Assembly (NCBI GenBank): GCA_030141605.1
Contig: JAQGDQ010000850.1
Location: 23,446-87,445, forward strand
DNA from: Tubiluchus corallicola
Lineage: Eukaryota > Animalia > Priapulida
Length of the DNA stretch: 64,000 bases
Reading direction: 5' to 3'
Shown here piece after piece: positions 53,831-64,000 of the stretch. Position numbers and translations under genes: made by a program. Under the pieces are notes generated by a model. That model saw nothing but the letters and a program-made list of their open reading frames with translations. It made no database searches and was not told the DNA's origin. Within the stretch, counting starts at the first letter, position 1. Every line of letters begins with the position of its first letter.

Positions 53831-54242
53831 AATATCAGAAAATATACAAGGGGGTGGGGGCGAATTAGAGGATGGTTCCCGATAAAGGAGGCCCCATAAT
53901 TTTATTAGGTTAGCGCCCCGAAATATCAAAACCCGGCCCTTTTGTTAATCAATCATTACATATTAATGTCTGTAATACACTGTCTTGTGTACTCACATGT
54001 TACATGTCAATGATAATATTATCTAGAATCAAACAATATCTTCAACTCTCGGTCTCCCTGAGCAAGATATGATACATAAGAAGCTATTGAAAAACAGTAG
54101 ACAATTCTGTACTGTTTGACTTTCATACCTCCTTCACATTAGTTGAGTAATGATGATTCGATCGTTTGAAAACTAAGAAAAACGCGTGATCAATTTCAAA
54201 GCGTTTACATTAAAATTTATTTAACTTTATTTATGATAGAAC

Positions 54243-54665
54243 CAGAGGCGCATTAACCAATAGGGTAACTGAGCTATAACCTAGGGCGCCAAAGTTTGAG
54301 GGGGGGTCACATTTTAGAAAAAAGTCTTATTCTCCTCGGAAAATGTGTATTTTCATATTCATGAAAAGTGTACACTTTCTAACACACCACAAGCAGTTAG
54401 TGGGTGCAGATTTTATATGTTTGCCACATAACGAACAGGTACAAGGTAATAAACAACAAAACAGTTGCGCAGCCTGCTCAAATATAAGCGCTGTGCAGAC
54501 ACATGTAATTAATAATGACCATGTAGAAACAAGGTTAATAGTGTTTCTAATACACCACAAGTAATTGTTTAATCGTCTCATTACATAAACAACCATAAAT
54601 TCACAATAGAGATGGGCGGGACAGAACTATCAGCTTAGGGCGTCGTAAGGTGTTGATACGCCCCA
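54243..54665. mobile_element. hAT-type MITE, homologue of 16644-17072
   Basis: Shared TTAACCAATAGG...GCCAAAGTTTGAGGGG start and GATACGCCCC end. Confidence 0.75.
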
Positions 54666-55727
54666 AGAGTCTATGATAGAATCATACAACACACGGGCCT
54701 AGAACCGCCCTGATTCGCTGGCATTTGATATACTTCGACATTTTGATACATCAGTTAGCAAATGTATCAGCGTTCTAACGACTAGAGATTAAACATTGAC
54801 GTCATTCGTCTAGATTAATTGAGATTTTGGAAGTTCGTGTCAACAAAACTGTGCGACTATACGGTTTGTTGACTATGAGTTTAGCCTGTCTACATAAATT
54901 TGTATTTCTTGTTAGCTTTGATTATATCGTCATTAATTTTACATGTTTGCGATATATTTACTTCTGTAGGTATGTGATGACCCTGATCTTGTATTTCCTC
55001 TAGGTGAATCAAAGAGGGGCATGCTGCGTTAGTTTTACATCTCATTACAGAAGGGAGCTAGCATCATAGTCACTTAATGTATGGATGCAGATCGGCCTAA
55101 GGCGGGTGTTAAAAATACGGGGGACTATGGCCTATTTGCATTCTATACACTCATTGATCAGAAGAAAAAGAAAGATCAAATGGCAGACATTAAAATAATT
55201 AATCAAACAATTTAATTATCAACAAATTCCAAAGTGATTCGATTTAAGCAAAAGTTCAGTAATAACAAAGATATAGCAATATTGACAAAGCTTCGGGGGG
55301 GCAGACAAGAGTGGGTCAGACGGAATTCAAAAGGGGGTTTGTTAGTAGGTGCCTAACAACAAATATCAGTAATTAATAACACAATTAACTATCACTGCCA
55401 GTAGCTAAATATCAGTTAATTGAACATACAGTATGAATAGGCCTTAATGTTGCATAAGCATAATGTGAGAACTATTAAATGTAGGGCCTAACATGACAAG
55501 GCAGTTATAAAAAAACCTCTAAACGTCGTATAGGCTACTCACGACTCTACAGTTAACACAGAGAAGTTTATACAGTTTGTTAACTCGGATTTGCTAAGCT
55601 AAAATGTTGAATGATACCTCAATTACTTTTTCATAATTAATTATGATAGCTTCTACATTTGATTAAATACGTAATAGTCATTTAGTTACTTGTTGTCTAA
55701 GTATCTCTTGCTAATTTTGAAAGTGAA

Positions 55728-56325
55728 TAAGGGTAAGGAATATGGTTGGGATTAGGGTTAGCGTTAGGGTCAGGCTAAGGCTTAGGCTTTAGCTTAGGAT
55801 TAGGGTTACGATTAGGGTTGGGATTAGGATTACGATTAGGATTACGGTTAGGGTTAGGAGTAGGGTTTGGGTAAGGGTTAGGATTAGGGTTAGGGTTAGG
55901 GTTAGGAGGTTTGGGTAAGGGTTAGGGCTAGGGTTAGGGTAAGAGTAAGGTTAGGGTTAAGCTTAGGGTTAGGGTTAGGTTAGGGGTAAGGGCGAGGGTT
56001 GTAATTAGGCTTATGCTTAGTGTTAGGCTTTTGGTTAGGGTTAGGAGTAGGGTTTGCGTAAGGGTTAGGGTAAGGGTAAGGTTAGGGTTAAGCTTAGGGT
56101 TAGGGTTAGGGTTAGGTTAGGGGTAAGGATGAGGGTTGGAATTAGGCTTATGCTTAGTGTTATGCTTAGGCTTAGGATTAGGGTTAGGGTTAGCATTAGG
56201 GTTAAGCTTAGGGTTAGGGTTAGCGTTAAGCTTAGGGTTGGGTTACGTTTGGACTTAGGGTTATGGTTTAGGTTAAGGCTGGGTTTAGGGCTGTGCTGAT
56301 GGTTAGGGTTAAGGATAAGGTTAGA
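55728..56325. repeat. Degenerate (TTAGGG)n telomere-like tract
   Basis: Direct inspection. Confidence 0.9.
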
Positions 56326-58329
56326 GTATTTATATTATGTGTGAAGTTGTAAACTCGCCCCCAAATACTTCATTAAACTTACTAACGTAGCTGTTTTACA
56401 GTATATCTTTTTGTTGTTTACACTTTAGTCTATATGTTCATGCTGAAAATTTATCAGTTTGTTTAACAAATTTACAACCGGGAAACCACGTAAAGTAATA
56501 GACCAAATTACATCAACACATTGTGAGCTCGATGCGAACAATTCTTTTTTGTTCGAATTCGATTCGAACCTAAAATTATTAATTCGAATAATTCAGCGCT
56601 TCATTGACGTCAGGGGCGTCGTGCACCAAAAAAAATTAGGGGAGCCCGACTGTAGATAATGTCCGAACTTTACTGTTTAAAAAACGTATAATTTTGAATT
56701 CCCACACCAGTATTTTGCGTGCAAGAAAAACGATTTATTTATTCCCAACTGGCATTTAACTTAAAGCTATAGCTGCAGAAATTTAATTAAAATTAAAAAT
56801 TACTTGACTGTTGATAATGACTAAATTTTTTCTAAGTGTAAGGAGACACACCACAATTTAATCAGAGAGAATCGGCTTTCTAATCCAGCTAACACTGCAA
56901 GTGTTTATATAGGAAAGGGGGAAGCAATATCATTGGTCCAGTGGATTGGCCAATGGCCAATTACCTAGCGGCATAGCCACGAGAGCAGAGGATAATCAAT
57001 GCAACAATTGGACATTAGATTCAATCAATAATCATACCTATGTGTGTATATGTAATCGCATATCATGCCTACAGTTGGAGATTTCACCGTTCCTCAAAAT
57101 TTTACACCTTATTGGTCTCATTACAAGCCGCCGAAACACTTAAAATTTTTGACATTTTATAAACAATTGGGAGGGGGAGGCGTGCAATTAGCACAATTTA
57201 GCTGTGATTTCTGTGCTCAATTTTAGACAGGGGGACAAATTCTTCACCTTTTACTGTAGAACAAAACCCGGGGAATATGCGTGCCCTGTGAATTCTAATT
57301 CGATTCCAATTCGAAAATGTCGAAATACTATTTGATCCGAGTTCAAAACTCAAAAATGTAATTCGAATTCGCTGTCTGGTGGAGAATGCTCGCCCCTATC
57401 GTATAGAAACATATCTTCCTAATTAGTCTAGCATAAATTTGACTTTTAATTTCAATAAACTTATATATTACAAAAATATATAAATTAAACTTACTTGAAA
57501 CATATAACCGATGACTCAATCATGATTTGTTGTTTTTCATTTTCAAAACTTGTATAGTATAATAATATTTTTAATACTTCCCACCCGTATTTATATTTGT
57601 ATATATTGTAATGTTGTATCGGTATATATTGTAATTTTTTCGTAACTAATTCTAGTGGCCTACCATAAGCTAGCTTCTTAGGTCTCTAGCGCAGTATTTA
57701 TGAATTGTATCATATTTTTGTATTAACAAAACCTTATGCACATGTAATGTAATGTATATGTATATGTTTATTGCGAGATAAATCTATTAAAATCTAATCT
57801 AATCTAATCTAAACTTGAGCCAAAGCAAATTTTCGAACCAAGAAACTTTCTAAACGAACTATATTTCATGCGCAAAGCTTATTCGGTTATTTCAAAGAAT
57901 AAATTTGATAAATAAAGTTGGACGAACGCATTCTTAAACTCATAGTTTCTTACTAAACCGACAGCTACATACTTACAAAACACACACCTTCAATTTACGC
58001 TTATAATGTAAAATAGGTAACTATTATTGCACGCACAAGTGCATATCATTATCATAATGAGTTCATTCATGATTTCAGTACTGCGCATATTATTATGATA
58101 ATTTATGCCAAAGAACGCGAAACTATATTATGTTTAGTGTAATTATTCCATTACAAAAATATTGCCACGATTACTATAAGCTTATTAACTATCTAAAGAA
58201 AGAATCGTTATCAAACTGGCGTATTTTCAACGCGTTTTTGCAACAAGTTACAAAACCAGGTACGTCTGTAGCTGCTGTAGTTCAATAAAATACTTTACAT
58301 TTGAGTAAGAATTTTTATGACTTACTTAC

Positions 58330-58387
58330 CTGCTGTTATCACCCATAGAAATGAAATTAGAATGCAGAAAATCAAGTATAGATCCAT
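58330..58387 (-). CDS. CA: Alpha-carbonic anhydrase, distal first coding exon (signal peptide MDLYLIFCILISFLWVITA)
   Basis: ATG in good context (GTAATGG). 19 mostly hydrophobic codons plus 1 nt, then a strong donor G|GTAAGT. Phase 1 matches the acceptor at 17489 (G+AG=Glu). The link across a 40.8-kb intron is inferred. Confidence 0.72.
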
Positions 58388-58429
58388 TACAAGTAGAAGC
58401 AGTTCAATGAAGATCGTAAATAGTTCACG

Positions 58430-58600
58430 TAACAGTTCACGTAAATAGACGTGCGCTCATCGAGTGCCGGTGTTTTTAAATTTCGAACCTCGGTGCATGG
58501 AGAGCGCATGCGCGCGCAATTTCTCTTAAACTTCGACTTGAGGCGAGTTTAATTGCGAGTCTTTGGTAACCAGCGCACGTTTTTAAACGATTATTCAGGT
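58430..58600 (-). promoter_or_regulatory. Putative promoter of the distal first exon
   Basis: Locally CpG-rich. NRF1/Ewg-type palindrome GCGCATGCGC at 58504-58513. Duplicated AGTTCACGTAA about 35-60 bp upstream of the ATG. Confidence 0.45.
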
Positions 58601-58732
58601 TGACGAACTATTTATGAACTTACCCACCTGTTGACTAACCTAACCGATTTGTTCAAGTCTTTTTGGGACAGCAAATCTGGTTAATCATCGCGTAGCATGA
58701 TTTTAGTCTACCTACCTACTTAGCTACATATC

Positions 58733-61048
58733 ACCAGCACTGTCAGAGTTAGACATATTATAACACCAGACAGCACTGTCAGAGTTAGACATATTATAAC
58801 ACCAGACAGCACTGTCACACTTAGACATATTATAACACCAGCCAGCACTGTCAGAGTTAGACATATTATAACACCAGCCAGCACTGTCAGAGTTAGACGT
58901 ATTATAACACCAGACAGCACTGTCAGAGTTAGACATATTATAACACCAGACAGCACTGTCAGAGTTAGACGTATTATAACACCAGCCAGCACTGTCAGAG
59001 TTAGACGTATTATAACACCAGACAGCACTGTCAGAGTTAGACATATTATAACACCAGACAGCACTGTCAGAGTTAGACATATTATAACACCAGGGAGCAC
59101 TGTCAGAGTTAGACATATTATAACACCAGACAGCACTGTCAAACTTAGACATATTATAACACCAGCCAGCACTGTCAGAGTTAGACATATTATAACACCA
59201 GCCAGCACTGTCAGAGTTAGACATATTATAACACCAGCCAGCACTGTCAGAGTTAGACATATTATAACACCAGCCAGCACTGTCAGAGTTAGACATATTA
59301 TAACACCAGACAGCACTGTCAGAGTTAGACATATTATAACACCAGCCAGCACTGTCAGAGTTAGACGTATTATAACACCAGACAGCACTGTCAGAGTTAG
59401 ACATATTATAACACCAGACAGCACTGTCAGAGTTAGACATATTATAACACCAGGGAGCACAGTCAAACTTAGACATATTATAACACCAGACAGCACAATC
59501 AAACTTAGACATATTATAACACCAGACAGCACTGTCAAACTTAGACATATCATAACACCAGACGGCACTGTCAAATTTAGACATATTATAACACCAGACA
59601 GCACTATCAGAGTTAGACATATTATAACACCAGACAGCACTGTCAAACTTAGACATATTATAACACCAGACAGCACTGTCAAACTTAGACATATTTTCTC
59701 ATTTAATCAATACCTCATGTCATCCGACTTACCAACTGCTCGCAGGCCATTCAGCTGAACTGACAAAAAGCAACTGACCACTGACTGACCAAGCAACTGA
59801 CTCACAAATTGAATGATTAACCAATCGCTTAAGCAACTAAAGACACAGCTAACTGAAGAACAGAGTTAGACATATTATAACACCAGCCAGCACTGTCAGA
59901 GTTAGACATATTATAACACCAGGCAGCACTGTCAGAGTTAGACACATTATAACACCAGACAGCACTGTCAGAGTTAGACACATTATAACACCAGACAACA
60001 CTGTCAGAGTTAGACGTATTATAACACCGGACAACACTGTCAGAGTTAGACATATTATAACACCAGCCAGCACTGTCAGAGTTAGACATATTATAACACC
60101 AGACAGCACTGTCAGAGTTAGACGTATTATAACACCAGCCAGCACTGTCAGAGTTAGACGTATTATAACACCAGACAGCACTGTCAGAGTTAGACATATT
60201 ATAACACCAGACAGCACAATCAAACTTAGACATATTATAACACCAGACAGCACTGTCAAACTTAGACATATCATAACACCAGACGGCACTGTCAAATTTA
60301 GACATATTATAACACCAGACAGCACTATCAGAGTTAGACATATTATAACACCAGACAGCACTGTCAAACTTAGACATATTATAACACCAGACAGCACTGT
60401 CAAACTTAGACATATTATAACACCAGCCAGCACTGTCAGAGTTAGACATATTATAACACCAGCCAGCACTGTCAGAGTTAGACATATTATAACACCAGAC
60501 AGCACTGTCAGAGTTAGACGTATTATAACACCAGCCAGCACTGTCAGAGTTAGACGTATTATAACACCAGACAGCACTGTCAGAGTTAGACATATTATAA
60601 CACCAGACAGCACTGTCAGAGTTAGACATATTATAACACCAGGGAGCACAGTCAAACTTAGACATATTATAACACCAGACAGCACAATCAAACCTAGACA
60701 TATTATAACACCAGACAGCACTGTCAAACTTAGACATATCATAACACCAGACGGCACTGTCAAATTTAGACATATTATAACACCAGACAGCACTATCAGA
60801 GTTAGACATATTATAACACCAGACAGCACTGTCAAACTTAGACATATTATAACACCAGACAGCACTGTCAAACTTAGACATATTTTCTCATTTAATCAAT
60901 ACCTCATGTCATCCGACTTACCAACTGCTCGCAGGCCATTCAGCTGAACTGACAAAAAGCAACTGACCACTGACTGACCAAGCGACTGACTCACAAATTG
61001 AATGATTAACCAATCGCTTAAGCAACTAAAGACACAGCTAACTGAAGA
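58733..61048. repeat. 36-bp minisatellite in two blocks within a ~1.19-kb higher-order duplication
   Basis: Unit AGCACTGTCAGAGTTAGACATATTATAACACCAGAC. A unique ~165-bp spacer repeats at 59695 and 60884 (offset 1189). Confidence 0.95.
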
Positions 61049-61260
61049 CCAGCTGTCCAGTCAATTGAAAATCTAACCTAACTAGCCAGCCAAGCATACC
61101 AAGCCGCTAGTTATCAAACTGGTCAGCCAACTAACCAACCATCCATCCAACCAATCATCCCTTAATTTCGAAATAGTCAATAAATAAACTTTAATGTCTA
61201 ATGATTTTTTACTGCTTTTTTGTCTACATGTACGTCAGCTTACAATTCTAGTATGAACTT

Positions 61261-62600
61261 TCTCCAGTAGATGGCAGCACTCGCTTGCACTGGTATTTTC
61301 AGACGAAGAAGGAAACAGCGCAGTTGGACAGAAGCCCAGCTAGACCAGCTGCCGCTGCCTTTCTATTATTAATTGGGTGCCTCTCCACTAGATGGCAGCA
61401 CGCGCCTGCACTGGTATTTTCAGACGAAGAAGGAAACAGCGCAGTTGGACAGAAGCCCAGCTAGACCAGCTGCCGCTGCCTTTCTGTTTTTAACTGGGTG
61501 CCTCTACACTAGATGGCAGCACATGCCTGCACTTGTATTTTCAGACGAAGAAGGAAACAGCGCAGTTGGACAGAAGCCCAGCTAGACCAGCTGCCGCTGC
61601 CTTTCTGTTATTAATTGGGTGCCTCTCCACTAGATGGCAGCACATGCATGCACTGGTATTTTCAGACGAAGAAGGAAACAGCGCAGTTGGACAGAAGCCC
61701 AGCCAGACCAGCTGCCGCTGCCTTTCTGTTATTAATTGGGTGCCTCTACACTAGATGGCAGCACATGCATGCACTGGTATTTTCAGACGAAGAAGGAAAC
61801 AGCGCAGTTGGACAGAAGCCCAGCTAGACCAGCTGCCGCTGCCTTTCTGTTATTAATTGGGTGCCTCTCCACTAGATGGCAGCACATGCATGCACTGGTA
61901 TTTTCAGACGAAGAAGGAAACAGCGCAGTTGGACAGAAGCCCAGCCAGACCAGCTGCCGCTGCCTTTCTGTTATTAATTGGGTGCCTCTACACTAGATGG
62001 CAGCACATGCATGCACTGGTATTTTCAGATGAAGAAGGAAACAGCGCAGTTGGACAGAAGCCCAGCTAGACCAGCTGCCGCTGCCTTTCTGTTATTAATT
62101 GGGTGCCTCTCCACTAGATGGCAGCACGCGCCTGCACTGGTAGTTTCAGACGAAGAAGGAAACAGCGCAGTTGGACAGAAGCCCAGCTAGACCAGCTGCC
62201 GCTGCCTTTCTGTTATTAATTTGGTGCCTCTCCACTAGATGGCAGCACATGCCTGCACTGGTATTTTCAGACGAAGAAGGAAACAGCGCAGTTGGACAGA
62301 AGCCCAGCTAGACCAGCTGCCGCTGCCTTTCTGTTATTAATTTGGTGCCTCTCCACTAGATGGCAGCACATGCCTGCACTGGTATTTTCAGACGAAGAAG
62401 GAAACAGCGCAGTTGGACAGAAGCCCAGCTAGACCAGCTGCCGCTGCCGTTCTGTTATTAATTTGGGTGCCTCTACACTAGATGGCAGCACATGCATGCA
62501 CTGGTATTTTCAGACGAAGAAGGAAACAGCGCAGTTGGACAGAAGCCCAGCTAGACCAGCTGCCGCTGCCTTTCTGTTATTAATTTGGGTGCCTCTACAA
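61261..62600. repeat. 121-bp tandem repeat x11 with a CTCF-like motif in each unit
   Basis: Period 121. (C/A)CA(C/G)TAGATGGCAGCA at 61264, 61385, 61506, 61627, 61748, 61869, 61990, 62111, 62232, 62353 and 62475. Confidence 0.93.
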
Positions 62601-63054
62601 GTTCGACTGTCTAAATATACACAGCAAACAACTCGGAGAGGTCTTACAACAAGCTTTCCTAGCGATTTGTGTCCGACTTGTAAATCCTAAACGTGAGTAC
62701 GAGTTTTTATGTACCTAATTAACCTATTTTAATACAAGAAACTATAGTCAGGCTGTTATACTAGACCTAAATTATCACATATAATATATTATGTAATATA
62801 ATGTATTAATATATATTATATTATATATAATATTAGTATATATTACATATAATAATATATATAATTAATATATATATATATATATACATATCTATATTAT
62901 ATATATTATATAATGTATTATATTACATATTATATAATTAAATAATATATATAATTAATTAAGTATATAATATTTAATTATATAATATATAATATAATAT
63001 AATACATTATATAATATAAAAGGTTTGATAATGTAAAAAAGAAAACCTTGTAAA

Positions 63055-63358
63055 GTAATAGTAATAGTAATAGTAATAGTAATAGTAATAGTAATAGTAA
63101 TAGTAATAGTAATAGTAATAGTAATAGTAATAGTAATAGTAATAGTAATAGTAATAGTAATAGTAATAGTAATAGTAATAGTAATAGTAATAGTAATAGT
63201 AATAGTAATAGTAATAGTAATAGTAATAGTAATAGTAATAGTAATAGTAATAGTAATAGTAATAGTAATAGTAATAGTAATAGTAATAGTAATAGTAATA
63301 GTAATAGTAATAGCAATAGTAATAGTAATAGCAATAGTAATAGTAATAGCAATAGTAA
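63055..63358. repeat. (AATAGT)n microsatellite
   Basis: Direct inspection. Confidence 0.96.
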
Positions 63359-63632
63359 TGGCCTATATAAATGCCTATTCACAGAGGCATCTGTATCTAA
63401 AATGACATAATCTTATGTAACATACGTTACTAATAATAGTTTTGAAACATTACCAAAAATTTTGTTAATGCAAGTTGTTATATTACAAAAATATATATTA
63501 TTATTATATAATATCATAAAAGTAATAAGCTAATATATAAAAACGCATGTAACACGACCTCCTACATGTAGGAGGAATTTGATAATGTAAATATATAATA
63601 TTATAATATATATATATAATAAAAGAGTTGTA

Positions 63633-63700
<68 letters not shown>

Positions 63701-63877
63701 AATAATAATAACAATACATTACATTATTATTCGTTGATGCTTAGGCCTATTATTAATTAATCTTGATGTGTGTTTAGTTGCTATTTGAAATGCCTAAAAA
63801 ATTGAATAGGTTTTGTTTGTTTAGCTTCATAGTAACTGCGCATAGATAACTGCGCAAGTTTTGTAATCATAATTTTA

Positions 63878-64000
63878 GCTGAGTATGACGTCATGTAAAA
63901 CCTAAGACGAAGTTTTGAGTTCATAAATTCATAGTTTTCGCTGAGTATGACGTCATGTAAAACCTAAGACGAGGTTTTGAGTTCATAAATTCATAGTTTT
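63878..64000. repeat. 62-bp tandem repeat (runs off the window) containing TGACGTCA
   Basis: GCTGAGTATGACGTCATGTAAAACCTAAGACGA... at 63878 and 63940. Confidence 0.8.

Noticed and set aside
58720-60881. 320-350-aa ORFs with MSNSDSAVWCYN or LTLTVLSGVIIC repeats (kringle-like PWCY)
   Set aside because: Translations of a 36-bp minisatellite, open in several frames, with no unique coding context or splice signals.
61261-62600. Possible CRISPR array or repeated small ORFs
   Set aside because: Whole units are near-identical with no unique spacers, no cas genes, and the context is eukaryotic.

Overview
This is AT-rich animal (invertebrate) genomic DNA, not prokaryotic. One protein-coding gene spans most of the window: a minus-strand, secreted-type alpha-carbonic anhydrase. 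Its exons join in frame at GT-AG sites: 58387-58330 (signal peptide), 17489-17457, 12941-12780, 10445-10294, 4602-4510 and 2246-2019. The C-terminal exon(s) were not found and probably lie beyond position 1. A second ATG-initiated, phase-compatible candidate first exon at 19808-19568 encodes a different signal peptide plus a basic propeptide, suggesting two promoters about 38.6 kb apart. The introns are filled with decayed Tc1/mariner, hAT, piggyBac-like, Kolobok-like and Harbinger-like elements, CR1/L2/RTE LINE fragments, tRNA- and 5S-derived SINEs, telomere-like arrays, and mini- and microsatellites. Notable repeats include an 11 x 121-bp array with a CTCF-like motif in each unit upstream of the distal first exon and a 10 x 86-bp array made of a CR1-like 3' stem-loop. 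Most ORFs in the supplied track are repeat artefacts. Family assignments come from recalled motifs, not database searches.
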